Positions 38,382-51,934 of a DNA stretch of 64,000 nt are shown piece by piece. Positions within the stretch are counted from its first letter, which is position 1, and each line of letters starts with the position of its first letter. Both the position numbers and the translations under genes were made by a program. A model generated the notes under the pieces. That model ran no database searches. It was not told where the DNA came from and saw nothing but the letters and a program-made list of their open reading frames with translations. The stretch covers positions 25,732,001 through 25,796,000 of the forward strand of contig NC_086109.1 of NCBI RefSeq assembly GCF_963921235.1. Reading direction: 5' to 3'. This DNA is from Mobula hypostoma. Taxonomy: Eukaryota.

Positions 38382-38812
38382 TATTTACTTATTGAGACAC
38401 AGCGCGGAATATGCTCGTCTGGCCCAGCAACACCCCCCGCCCATTAAAACTAGCCTAATCGTGAGAGAATTTACAATGACAAATTATCCTACTAACCGGT
38501 ACATCTTTAGACTCTGGGAGACAACCAGAACACCAAAAGAAAACACATGCTTTCCATGGAAGTACAGGCTCCTCTATTTAAACTAAATTATCCTTATTGT
38601 CCTGATAGTCAATTTCAATCTGTTTCCACTATCCCAGTCCTCTTGGTTCTGCATCACTCCTGAAGTATTCTCACTGCCCATTCCTCTGCCCCCTTCCTTT
38701 CAGCTGTTTATTGCCCTCCTACCTGCTGCCTGACTTGTTGAGTTCCTCCAGCATTTTGAGTGTTGCTCAAGATTTCCAGCAACTGTAGAATCTCTTCTGT
38801 ACTTCTTCACGA

Positions 38813-39830
38813 ATCAGAATCAGAATCAAAATCAAATCAGGTTTATTATCACCGTCATACCTAATGTCATGAAATTTGTTGTTTTATGGCAGCAGTACAG
38901 TGTGGCACATAAAGCCTGATTTATACTTCTGCGTTAACTCGACGCTGTAACCTACGCAAGTGACTTACGCGCATTGTGAGCATTTATACTTGTGCGCTGG
39001 TGTGTCTGCATCGCTCTGCAATTCGCGCACGTCACGCATGCGCACACACCTACCCTCACAAGGCTTCATGATCATGGTAGTCTTTCTCGGGGTAAGCAAG
39101 AAGCCGGCGTCTTTTTTTGTAAAAGCGAAATATGTCCTCAATAATTCTGGAGGTCTGTAAAGCTTTATGGAAAGCATTGCAACCAGAGCTCCTTCCCTGC
39201 CCTTCAGTCGCCCAATGGGAAGCTATTGCAGTGTAGGATGAAATGCGATGCTATCAAGCAGACTAATCACAGTTTTTACAGTCTGCGTTGCTGCGACGCG
39301 CGGTTACATTTTGGGAGAGGTACGCGTCGCAGCAACGCAGGCTCTGGCGTAGGGATCCGTGTCGGCTTTGCGTAGGGTTTGCGGTGACGCAGTACTTACG
39401 GCATCATGTTGACGCAGAAGTATAAATCAGGCTTAAAAATACTACAAATTACAATAAGAAATATTTTTTAAAAGTAGTGCAAGAAAGAGCAAAAATAGTG
39501 AGGTAGTGTATATAGGTTAATGGACCATTCAGAAATCTGATGAAAAAGGAAGAAGTGGTTTCTAAAATATTGAGTGTGCGGCTTCTGGCTTCTGCATCTC
39601 CTCTGTGATGGTCCTAATGAGAAGAGGACATGTCCTGGGTGGCGAGGTCCTTAGAGATGGACGTCACCTTTTTGAGGAATTGTGTTTTGAAGGTGTCCTC
39701 AATGGTGTGGAGGCTAGTGCCCAAGATGGAGATGGCTGAGGTTATAACCCTCTGTAGCCTTTTTGAATCCTGTGTATGGATGCCTCCATACTGGACAGTG
39801 ATGGAACCAGACAACAGTTTCCTGGACGGC
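38813..39830 (-). mobile_element. Rex/Babar 3' fragment interrupted by a Harbinger MITE
   Basis: (GAATCA)n tail at 38811-38840, homologous to 22925-23400; continues after 39436. Confidence 0.7.
38913..39433. mobile_element. PIF/Harbinger-type MITE (521 bp), TAA TSD
   Basis: TIRs AGCCTGATTTATACTTCTGCGTTAAC and GTTGACGCAGAAGTATAAATCAGGCT (25/26 complementary); TAA at 38910-38912 and 39434-39436; CpG-rich interior. Confidence 0.88.
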
Positions 39831-40809
39831 AAGCTTTCATCTAATGTGCTCAGATCTATGCCTCAATTACTTTCAAAAGGCAACACCTTCCCTGTCCTAG
39901 TCACCTTCTCCATAAACAGTCTGATCCTGATCTCTTCTCTCACTCTCTTGATAACTTTGCATTGTGCAACTTTGTGCCGTCACCTAATTTAAAATATCAC
40001 TTCCAGTGGAAGTAATCAGCATTCTAAGCAATGGTGCAAATTTAGCCACTGTAACTAATATGCACGGCATACAGCGGAATTGTGATTGCAGCAAATTGAT
40101 TTCTTATTGCTTGCACTCTGACCTTTCACCCTCTTTCTCTTGAAGGTGCAATGATGTAGCATTAATTAAAGGTGAAAGCAGAAAGCTTGTAGCCTTGGGG
40201 GAGGGGAAGCAGGCTTGTCAAAACTCATTTCCAAGTTGCAGTCTAGAGGTCTCATTACTTAATGTGTTTATTACTGGAATAAAAAAGTTCAAAAAGCATG
40301 GGGTGTAGGTCACAAACATTTGGCTTGATATGCAGGCAGATATACAATGGGCATGTAGCGCAGATAAAGGCCATTCAGCCCACCTGCCCTCTACAGATGC
40401 TAGTTAAGCTATTCTAGTATCTGGGAAAGAGACTATAACAAAGGGTTTAATTAAAGGCAGGAAAATCAAATACATTGGCCTCCAAGATCAAAGATACCTA
40501 CTGGAGGTTCACGGGCAAAGATCAGTGATTTATCACACTCCGGTGAAAAACTCAGAGATTGTGAACAATCTGAACATTCTCCAGACAGGAATAGAAAGAA
40601 AGGCTGCCTGACTGCCTGCATTCCTTCGACATTCCCTTAATCAGAATTCGTTGACATATGACGTTCTTAAAATTGAAAGAGCAGATGGTAGAGTGGTTTT
40701 GGGGAAAGGTGTTATTAAGCCTACATACAAAATCAGGAACTGAAAGATTGACTATTTTGGGACTCATATTCTGAATTGTGTATATTTCAATTCAAGGAGA
40801 ATTTCAGGA

Positions 40810-43720
40810 AAAGCAGGTGAGCTTAGGGCATGGATCAGCATGTGGAATTATGACATTGTAGTCATTAGTGAGACTTGGTTGCAGGAGGAGCAGGACTGGC
40901 AGCTCATTGTTCCAGGGTTCTGTTGCTTTAGATGTGATAGAGCAAGAGGGAGGGAAAGGTGGCATTACTTGTCAGTGAAAATGTTATGGCAGTGCTCAGA
41001 CAGGACAGACTAAGAGCTCATGTACTGAGGCTATATGTGTGAAACTGAGGAATGAGAAAGGGATGGCCACATTAATGAGATTACCTTGTAGACCATCCAA
41101 CAATTCATGGGATTTAGAGGAGTAACTCTGTAGAGAGATTACAGACTGTTGAAAGAAACATAAAGTTGTGATAGTAGGTGATTTTAACTTTCCACACATT
41201 GACTGGAACTCCTATATTGTAAAAGGGCTGGATGGGACAGAGTTCATCAAATGTGTTCAGGAAAGTTTCCTTAATCAGTACATAGAGGACCCAATCAGAG
41301 AGAGTGTGATACTGGATGTCCTATTAGGGAATGAGGCAAGGTAGGTGACAGATGTTTGTGATGGGCAGGGGTTCCCAACCTTTTTTTATGTCATGGACCA
41401 ATACCATTAAGCAAGGGGTCCGTGGAAACCCCTGGTATAGAACACTTTAACACTTTGCACCTAGTGATCATATGACATTAGATTCAAGATAATTCTGGGA
41501 AGGATATGTCTGGTCCTCAGGTTGAGATTCTAAATTAGAGAAAGGCCAATTTTGATGAAATTGGTAAGGATTTGGCAAGTGTGGGTTGGGACAGGCTGTT
41601 TACTGGCAAAGGTGTACTGGATAAGTGGTAGGTCTTCAAAAGTGAAACTTTGAGAGTACAAAGCTTGTATATTCCTGTCAGAATAAGGGCAGGGATAACT
41701 GGTTTAGGGAACTTTGGTTTTTCAGAGGTATTGAGGCCCTGGGTAAAAAAAGAAGGAGGTGCACAACAGGTATAGGCAAGAGGCAGGAAATTATAAAAGG
41801 AGCACATGAAGTACTTGAGAAATATAAGAAATACTAGAGCACACTTAAGAAGAAAATCAGGATGGCTTAAAGAAGGCATGAGGTTGGTCTAGCAGGCAAG
41901 GCGAAGAAGAATCCCAAGGGCTTCTATAGATCTATTAAGAGCAAAAGGATAGCAAGGGACGAAATTGGTCCTCTGGAAGATCAGAGTGGTCATCTATGCA
42001 TGGAACCAAAAGAGATGGGGAGATCTTAAATGCATTTTTTTTTGCATCTGTATTTACTCTGGAGATGGACAAAGAGTCTACAGAAGTGAGACAAAGCAAC
42101 AGTGAGGTCATGGACCATATACAGATTACAGAGGAGGAGGTGTTTGCTGTCTTGAGGAAAATTAGGGTGGATATATCCCCAGGGCCTGACAAGGTGTTTC
42201 CTCTGGCCCTGTGGGAGGCAAGCGCGGAAATATCTCTAGCAGAGATATTTAAAATGACCTTAGCCATGGGTGGAGGTGCAAATTGGAGAATAGCTAATGT
42301 TTTTCAGGGGTTTAAGAAAGGCTCTAAGAATAAGCCAGGAAATTTTAGGCTGATGAGCCTGACATCAGTAGTGGGTAGGTATTGGAAGGTATTGTAAGTG
42401 ACTGGTTATATAAATATTTGGATTTACAGGGAGTGATTAAGGTTAATCAACATGGTTTTGTATGTGTCAGGTCATTTCTAACTGAACATAGAATTTTTGA
42501 GGAAGTTACCAGGAAAATGGATGAAAGCAAGGCAGTGGATGTTGTCTATACAGACTTTAGTAAGGCCTTTGACAAGGTCCTGCATGGGAAGTTGGCAAGA
42601 AAGTTCAATCAGTTGGCACTCAAGATGAGGTAGTAAATTGGATTAGACATTGGTTCTGCAGGAGAAGCTCGAGAGCGGCAGTAGATGATTGTCTCTCTGA
42701 CTGGAGGCCTGTGACTAGTGGTGTGCCACAGGCATTGGTGCTGGGTCCATTGTTGTTTTCCATCTATATCAAGGATCTGGATGATAATGTGCTAAACTAG
42801 ATCAGCAAATTTGCAGATGACACCATGATCAGGGGTATAGTGAACCGCGAGGAAGACTATCAAAGCTTGCAGCTGGATCTGGATCAACTGAAAAGCAGCA
42901 GATGGAATAAAATGCAGACAAGTGTGAGGAGTTGCAATCTTGGAGGACCAACCTGGGTAGTACTTACACAGTGAGCAGTAAGGTAGTGAAGAATGCGGTA
43001 TAACAGAGAGATCTCGGAATAGAGATCCATAATTTCTTTAAAGTGGCATCACAGGTAGATAGGGTTGCAATGAAAGCTCTTGGTACATTGGCTTTCATAA
43101 ATCAACGATTAGGTCCAGGATCTGAGATGTCATGTTGAAATTATACGAGACATTGGTGGTGAGGCCTAATTTGGAGTATTGTGTGCAATTTTGGTCACCT
43201 ACCTACAGGAAAGATGTCAATAATATTGAAAGAGTGCAGAAAATATTTCCAAGGATGTTGCCTGGATTGAGGACTTGAGTGATAGGGAGAGGTTGAATAG
43301 GCTCGGACTTCATTCCCTGAACCACAGCAGAATGAGGAAAGATTTGATAGTCATACAAAATTATGGGTGATATAGATAGGGTAAATGCAACCAGGGTTTT
43401 TCCACTGAGGTCGAGTGAGACTGCAACTAGAGGTCTTGGATTAAGGGTGAAAGGTGAAATGTTTAAGTGGAACATGAGCGAGAACCTCTTCACTCAGAGG
43501 GTGACGAGTTTGTGGAACGAGCTGTCAGTAAAAGTGGTGGATTTGGACTAGATTTCAACATTTACCAGAAATTTGGATAGATACATCGGTGGGAGGGGTG
43601 TGGAGGGCTATGGTGTGGGTGCAGGTTGAGAGGATGAGGCAGATCAATATCTTGGCACAGACTGGATGGGCTGAAGGGCCTGATTCTGTACTTTAGCATT
43701 CCAAGACTTTATGACTCTTA
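40810..43720 (+). mobile_element. Decayed CR1 ORF2 (EN, RT and 3' UTR)
   Basis: [43 protein letters not shown] motifs spread over many frameshifts. Confidence 0.9.
41366..41434. mobile_element. Miniature hAT-type MITE inside the CR1
   Basis: CAGGGGTT...AACCCCTG termini; related copy at about 53425-53498; TSD not resolved. Confidence 0.6.
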
Positions 43721-46700
43721 TAAACCAATAGTAACTTTGTCCTCCCAGATGATGAGAAGGCTCATGAAGAACACTTGTGCTTCCTCCCAGAACAGGGCGT
43801 AATTTTTCAAAAACTGAAGGGCCCAAGATATATGTTCGGCCATTGGTAGCTTCTTCCAAATACTTCCTCCTATAGGACAACTGTGAAAATGTGGGCAGGT
43901 TTGAGATACAATACGGTTTCAGCTGTGTTCTGGACCCCTCTAAAAGTGGCAGATTAGTAACCAATGAGATCTTCAGAAGACCGGTAATTATTTTGGAGCA
44001 TAATTCAATTGTAAATATTTAGTAAGACGTTTCAAATGGTAATTTACTGTTCACATCGGCAGACATTAAAGCACAAGAAATCAAGCTCTCCCTCCTCAAA
44101 TTCACAGCAAATTCCATCTTGCATGCTAATAGACGTAGCTAATGAGAAGTATTGAAATAACTCTCCAGACAGACTTTATCTCAGACTAAGGCCACTGAAC
44201 ACTACCAGACATGAGATTTATGAATGAAAAATACTAACAGTCTCATTAAAACTTTATCTTTGTTTTAACGGATCGTGTGAGACAATACGCATAACTCACT
44301 GGCTGCAAGATGAAAGCAACGTAACAGTGCTGAAACAGTGAATTGCTGCAATTTATCCATTTATGTTAGAAAGGCTTGTCCTGCTTTGAAGATTTGTACT
44401 TTCTCACTCTGACACTGCAAACTGAAAACCATAAAATGTTCCGACCTGTCAACAGACAGACTACAAACTAAATCTCAGATCAAGATATAATAAATAACTT
44501 GAGTGTCCATGAAACAAATTTGTGGAAGATTATCAATTAATATATGATTAAACTTGACTCTGCTCTCCTCCTCTAGAAACCTGATGCCAGAAGAAACTTG
44601 GACCCCTCACCCCTCTGAAGTAAAATATTATTTGAATCCAATAATGACACTGCTGGCTTTCTAAGGAATGTTATTCTTGGATCAGTATTTCAATAAACTG
44701 TGGACTAAAACAGATAATTTTGCCAAATCTTTGTGCTACATTCTTTTTAATCATGAAGTCAATTCATGCAATTAAGGCAAAGAACAGAAAACAAGACTTC
44801 TAACTTTTTCTCAGTGCAGTCTGGTTATAGGTTGATTGTAATAAGTGGGCTGAATCCTCAGCCTGGGATTTCTGCGTGATTTCATTAGTTCATTTAGGGC
44901 AATTCCACAATACCAGCGTGTCCTTTTACTATTCATTTAGGAACTGGGCTTCCAAGTAGGAGAATGTGACCTCATTCTCCACCAAAAAAAAACACTCTCC
45001 TATCCTTCCTTCCCACCCCTTATCATCTTGCCTTGAAGAGGGTCAAGGTAACGTTGAAAGAATGCATACACAAAGACATCTGCTTGGGAAAAAAAGACAC
45101 AATTTCATTAGTCATTGGTGTGACCTTCTTAAGTAATTGTGGCTAGGACTGTAATGGAATTTGGATAAAGGACACTTTCCTTTCCACATCAGTGAACATA
45201 GGAATTGTTGGGAGTTGAGTATAGTAGCACATTGGTTAAATTCCTGCCCTATGAACCAGAAGCATAGACAACAGATCTGTATATATGAACAAATGAACAT
45301 GAAAAAAATAGGTGCAAGAGTAGGTCTCTGGCTCCTCAAGCATGCTGGTATTCAAAATAATCATGGTCAAATCCCATTTCCCATGTTGTTGGGGAATTCA
45401 AATCCAAGTTATTTAACAAATCTGTAATAAAATGCCTATTTTAGCCGGAGTTACTATGAACCCTTCGGCTAAAAGTCCAGCTGATTCATTAATGCCCTCT
45501 AGGAAGGGAATGTGTCTTACTTGTATAGTCTGATCTATACATTGATTCCAGACCTACCAAAATAATTGATCTGTAATTGCCGTCCAAAACAGTTCACCAA
45601 GCCATTTTGTTCAGGGATGAACAAGAAGCTGGTGGCCTTGCCCTTAAATTCCATTTCCCATGCTTAAACAATGATATCATCAACACATGAGACATCCATT
45701 AATTATTTGGACTGAAATTGGCTCAGAAAGTTCTGACCTTTGATTTTAATGCTTAATAAAACAAGTGCATCATTCTGACTGCATTGAATGATGTATAATT
45801 TGATGTTTGTATATCCCTTTTAAATAAAAATCTTAGAGCAGACATTTGTGTACCAATATAGCCCATGAACAGATGCCTCAGTCTTTGGTCCCAATGGTTA
45901 TATGTTTATATTAGTTATAACAATCTGATTTTACCTTGAGGGAATAAACTGTACATTCACCCTTTAGGAAAGGGCAGTTAGAAGTCACTGGGGGATGCTC
46001 TCTGGAGCTATGTTTCAGCAATAATAAAGCAAAACTAGAGATTTTTGTTTGAAGTAGGTAAGTATAAAGCCAAGTTGAAAAATGAACACCTTCACTTTCA
46101 ATGTGTAGTAACTATTAGATATTCGGCAGTCCTATGCTGATCCATATCTTGATTAGACTGCTCTCTGCAGAGACTCTTGATCTGTGGCTTCAGAAGGTTT
46201 GACTGGCCTGTTATCAGAGCACACTGGCTGATTCATTATGCTCTTTCATTTGCACTACATCATATTTAATGGGGAAGTTGGCAGGCAGCAGACAGTCTGC
46301 ACTTGTAGTTGATTTACAATACAAGTCAGGATGGTACCTCACTTCAGGATCCAGCCCACTTACATTTGCTTGTAATTATCTCCCCAACTTTTGCAAGACC
46401 AGATGATGTCATCCCTGCTGCCTCCATTGAGCTAATATTCATGTCTTCTACTGCCCTTTCTGATCTTCTTCCTGTCTAGTGTATCAACATTCAACATTAT
46501 GTTTATCTGTCACTGCTTGGGTGAAATTCAGCCAGACTCTACACCAGATTAATGATGCTACCTCTGACATTAACTCACCTCCTGCTACATACCAGTTGAA
46601 TTGACCATTCTATTTGGTCATTTGTTCCTTTATCTTCCAATTGCCAAACGGCTTTAAAAATTTAAGTTTTGGGGCATTTACTGAATCCTTAACATTTGTT

Positions 46701-46841
46701 GTTGCAATAAGTAAAAAGAAACACCCTTTTGTGAAGGATGTATTTTGTACTGATTGTAAAAGCCAAAGAAACTTGGGAGCCATGTATTTTTATCTATTTT
46801 CTGTCTGTGTTATATTTTGAGGCCCATTTATTATGATAATC

Positions 46842-47284
46842 TGTCACGTGGGTTAGGGTGTGGTAGAAGCAAATGAGTATAGTTGTGCATTCACACCGGG
46901 TTAGTTAGTTGTTAGCCAAAGGGGGTGAGCCACGGGGAATCATATTTTTCTGTTGTCCATTTAAATGCGCTAAATTAGTTAACTGAAATGTTAATTTAGT
47001 TTGACTGCTAATTATGCTTAGTATTGCTTAGTTCTATCTCTAATTAGAACACTTAGTTACGCTGATTTGAACACTAAGATCACAATATCGCTAATTTAGT
47101 TTCATTAGTTTTTATTGCTATAAGATTGTTCATCTTTGCTGATATCACAATAAAGGATCGCACATATATTTTTCGATTTGGAGATTCATTATTTGGAAGT
47201 ATGTCATACAGTGTTGATTACCCTGGTTTAGTCTTTCAGCAGTTTTCGTTTGCTTTCAAGTAACCACCACTCACATATACGACA
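46842..47284 (+). mobile_element. Possible solo LTR
   Basis: TGTC...GACA termini, AATAAA at about 47148 and a TTAG-rich interior; no TSD found. Confidence 0.3.
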
Positions 47285-47764
47285 CACTTACGTGTCAGGA
47301 TGTCTGTCATACTTTTGTAAAAAAAAGTGCACTCCAGATAAAGATTGGCAATAATCACACATATTAGCGCAAACATCCAAAGGTGTGATTAAAGAAGTCA
47401 GTTTTGAGGAATTGCTTAAAAAGGAAAGAGATTTTCAAACGAGGCTTTGTATGAGAATTGCGGAGCCGAAGAGAATGGGCAGCTGAGGTCTACAGTGTCA
47501 TTGCTGGAGTCATTAAATTTGGGGTGTTCAAGATGCCACATTTTGTAGAAACACGGATAAGCTGGGGGTCCAAGGATTGGAGGAAGTCCAGAAATTGCGA
47601 TGCTACTAAGGTGAAAACATTCTCTGTTAGTGTGCATCTCTTCTTTAGATTTGGCACCAATATTGCTTTTAGATCTCATTGAAATCAGCTGCTTCAGATC
47701 AGCGCCTCTATTTTGTGGACACTTAGTGCTGCTTTTTTCTCTCTTTGAAATTCCAACTCTCACA

Positions 47765-48930
47765 TTTTGCTGCATTCTGAAGGGAGGATGAAACAACTCT
47801 GGCTTACATGAGGAGTTAAGGATGGCATAAAAGCAAAAGAGCGGGTATACAATTTGCAAAAATTAGTGGGAAGCTAGAGGATTGGGAAGCCTTTAAAAAC
47901 CAACAGAAAGCAACTAAAAAGAAATAAGGAGAGGGAAGATTAAATATGAACCTAAACATGAGAAAATCTGCAGATGCTGGAAATCCAAGCAACATATACA
48001 GAATGCTTGAGGAACTCAGGAGGCCAGGCAGCATCTATGGAAAAGAGTAAACATTCAATGTTTCATCATGAAGGGTCTCAGCCCAAAATGTCAACTGTTT
48101 ACTCTTATCCAAATATGAACATAAGCTAGCCAATAATACAAAAAAGGATACCAAAAGATTTTTTTCTAAGCCCATCACCCCTGCTGGTGTATAAGCCACT
48201 GACAGCAGCTTGCCAGAGTTCCCTATCCAGGGCCAGTCTTTCAAGTTTTTCCAGGAGTAGTCCATCTTCTTGGTGTATCCTTCCTCTCCCAGGAATGAGG
48301 TCTTTGAAGCTTCTGTGGAGTTCAATGGTATTTTGCATATATATAAAGAATATAAGAAAGGCAAGAGTGGATATTGGACCGTTGGAAAATGATGCTGTAG
48401 GGGTAGTAAGGGGGACAAGAAATGACAGATGAACTGAATATTTTGCATCAGTCCTCTCTGTGGAGGACATTAGCAGTGTGCCAGAAATTCGCGTGTCAGG
48501 GGACAGAAGTGATTCTAGTCACTATTACTAAGGACAAGGTGCTTCGGAAGCTGAAAGGTCTGAAGGTAGATAAATCACTTGGACCAGATAGACTACACAC
48601 CAGGGTTCTGAAGGAGTCACCAGAAAAGACCATGCAGGCATTAGTAGTGATCTTTCAGAACTCACTAGATTCTGGAATGGTTCCAGAAGACTGGAAAAGT
48701 GCAAATGTCATGCCACATTTTAAGAAAGGAGAGATGCAAAAGACAGGGGCAGATTATAGGCAGATTAGTCTGTCTTCAGATGTTAGAGTCCATTATTATG
48801 GATGGAGTTTGGGGTACTTGGAGGCAAAAGATAAAATAGACCTAAATCATCATGATTTCCTTAAGAGGAAATCTTGCTTGACAAATCTGTTAGAATTCTT
48901 TAAGTAAATAACAACCAGGATAGACAAAGA
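47765..48930 (+). mobile_element. CR1 ORF2 fragment hosting Penelope (about 47955-48110) and RTE (about 48166-48328) inserts
   Basis: ORF 48422-48907 (DKSLGPD...KSCLTNLLEFF); RTE-like C-terminus LERLALDRELWQAAV on the minus strand; Penelope terminal sequence. Confidence 0.8.
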
Positions 48931-50477
48931 ATTGACAAATCCAAAAAGGAACAGCAACTATGACACATCCTTTGGCCTAGGGACATCCACCCTGCTTGAA
49001 TTATCTCAGCACATTTGTGTAATGCTTGTGCATTAATGGTGTTAACACAGTAGTTGATACTTGGTTTAAAGAATTCACCCTTGTTGCGTCAGGAGTCCAT
49101 AATCTTCTAATCTTTTTAGCACTGTCTTGAGATTTTGGAGATGTTCTTTGCCATCCTCATCGGTAACAATGATGTCATCTACCATACTATGCAAAGGTCT
49201 TAGGCACCCTAGCTAAAAATATGTGCCTAAGAGTTTTACACAATACTTATCATTATCACATTTTTCACCATCAGCATGCAGATTACTACTCTTTTTGATA
49301 ATTGCAATTTGACTTGTTATCTTTTTCTCTTCCCTGTGCAATCTATTTATTTTTATCTGCCCAACATGCGCTTTGTACATGTCCTAATTTTTTACATTTT
49401 CTGCAAGTTTCACCTTTACCTGCACTGAACTGGTGTACACGAGCCCCTGTCGCAATGGTAACACAATATGCTCGCCCAGGCCAGTTTTTATTTCAACACT
49501 GCAATTTTGTTTACACTCACTTTCTTTTCCTGGCTGCAACTCAATTGCATCTCGGGATGTTGTTTCCATTGATACGGTGATTTCAACTGCTCTTTAAAAT
49601 GTGAGTTCTCCTTGAGTTAGGAAGCAGTTTTGAATGCTTTCTTGTAAGATTCCATGAAATAAATGTTAAACCCATCATTGCACTGACAATGTTCGGACAA
49701 TTTCTTTAATTCAGTTACATAATACTAAATGGATTCTGCTTCCTTTGATTCCTCTAATGAGACCTAAAGTGTTCTGCAGTCACCAATGGTTTCAGTTCTA
49801 AATGTTCCTGCATTATGTTCATATCAGAAAAATGCATTTCGGCTTGTTTTGTTAGAGCAGTTAGAGATCTAAGCCATCTGTATGCTTTCCACTCACTGTA
49901 GTCAGCAACACTGGCATTAGTTTTTCATTGGCTATTTCATTTGCCTCAAAATACTGTTCAGTTCATTCAGTATACAACATTCAGTTATCTGTTGTGCAAT
50001 CAAACCTGTCAATCTTTCCAATGTAGCCAGCCATTTCTGCTTTATTTATTTATTATTACCCAGTACTCACTGTTTACGTACCATGTTGCTGTACTCTTTG
50101 CTTGTTAATTTAATCAGTTTTCTGCCTTTTTTTAAAACTCGAGCACCTCTCTTCCAAACCGAAAATAGACATGCCGTGATTCAACAAGAAGGTTGTCACC
50201 TCGGGTTCATTTTAAAACTTTATCATTACCACTGTTATGTTTTGTAACCCCAGAAACTAATTGAAAGAGAAACACAGAAGCCAGGATACACATCTACTTA
50301 GATTTTCCCCCTTTTTTTCAGTGAGGCACTCGCATATGACGTGATGGTGTAATGACATATGCTTTTCCTGCACCTCTTATTAATAGCCCATACTGAATTA
50401 TATAAACAAAAAATGCTTAATCAAGCAATATATTTACAATATTACTCAAATATGACTATAATATTAAATGTACTACA
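48931..50477 (-). mobile_element. Deleted Gypsy (Mag-like) LTR retrotransposon: LTR, PBS-like site, gag pseudogene, RT fragment
   Basis: LTR 50233-50477 (TG...CA), then GTGGTAATGATAAA. gag from ATG at 50034 reads MAGYIGKIDRFD...EQYFEANEI, with CYHC and CRKCKKLGHVQSAC knuckles. RT fragment DDIIVTDEDGKEHLQNLKTVLKRLEDYGL...PRPKDV at 48931-49182. Confidence 0.85.
49180..49249. mobile_element. About 70-bp TIR-only Tc1 MITE
   Basis: CATACTATGCAAAGGTCTTAGGCAC ... GTGCCTAAGAGTTTTACACAATACT inverted pair; same TIR type as 21001-21380. Confidence 0.65.
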
Positions 50478-50800
50478 CCTGGCTAGAGTGGACACGTAGA
50501 GAACATTTCCAATAGTGGGAAAATCTAGGAACAGAGTGCACAACTTCAGAATAGTGGACGTCCATTTAGAACAGAGAAGAGCAGGAATTTCTTTAGCCAG
50601 AGGGTGGTGCATTTGTGGAATTCACTGTCAAAGACAACTGTGGAGGCCAAGTCATTGGGTATATTTAGAGTAGATGCTGATAAGTTCTTGATTTGTAAGG
50701 ACTTATGGGGAGAAGGCAAGAGAATAGTGTTGAGAGGGAAAATAAATCAAATAGCAGAGCAGACTCAAAGGGGTGAATGGCCTAATTCTGCTCCTGTCAT
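50478..50800 (+). mobile_element. CR1 3' end
   Basis: FFSQRVVHLWNSL and a CR1 3' UTR. Confidence 0.75.
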
Positions 50801-51934
50801 GATTTTTATTATCTTATTTGTCATTTAATATTTCCTTCCACCCTCACACGCAATGTCACACACCTAACATTTTGTTCCTTGCTCTCTTTGTCAATTATAT
50901 GGACTCTGTACTTGATTAAAAACTTATACATTTGCTACAGCTTTTCCAGTTCTGATGTAAGATCACTAACCTGAAATATAAACTTTAGTTTTTCTCAGCC
51001 TGTTGTTTCAGCCTGACTAATTGAGTATTTCCTGTATTTTCTGTTCCGTTTCCTGCTTATGGATTCCCAGACGATATCTGATATCACAGTAGGCTTGCTA
51101 AGAAGTCCATTCACTTAGGAAAAAGTGTCAGCAAACACACGGAATTAGCTGTGATGGGAAGCAGAGGATACAAGTCTGGGAGCTGGCTTACCTGCATTGA
51201 TCAGTTGCAGTCCCACTTCTCATTTTAAAATCCTACTTGCCATTCCTGAGTCAAAATTATTTATGTAATATTCTGGCAGTAGTTCCTCTTTTCTTATAAG
51301 TAAGCTTTTACAAGTAAGTTTTCTTATAAGTAACTGCATTACAGTGAGAAGCATTAAAATCTATTCAGATGATAATTAATATATAAAGAGCAATAAGATG
51401 GTCACTTTAATTTCCCATCCACCTGCCTTCTTTTACATTGGTTTCTGACACTGCTCCAATGCAGCCCAATGTATACATGAGGAACCCACTTCTGACTACC
51501 CACATTTCACCCCTAAGGACTTGACATGGAACAATTTCAGTGAGTTGGCCTTTCCAATTCGTCAAAGAACGAGTTGATTCTGATTAACGGTCATCAAAGT
51601 GTAATATTAACTATTTTTTTCCATCTGCACAAATCATGCCTATTTTTCTGACTATTTCTATCCTATCACAAACATTCCTTTGCTCTTGTCATACAGCTCC
51701 CTTCCATTCTCTGCAACTTAAACTTGTTAGTTTCTATCTTTCCATGGCTCTCATTAAAAGTCATTCAGCTGAAGGCTAACTCTGTTTCTGTTTCCACAAG
51801 CACTTCCTGGCCTGTTGCATATTGCCAGAGTTTACTAATTCAATTCAGCTTTCAGACATCTGAAATGACTAACTCTGAAGGTATTTTTAAACTCCTAATG
51901 ATGGTGAATTGGGCAGAAGCATAACAGGTGATCC

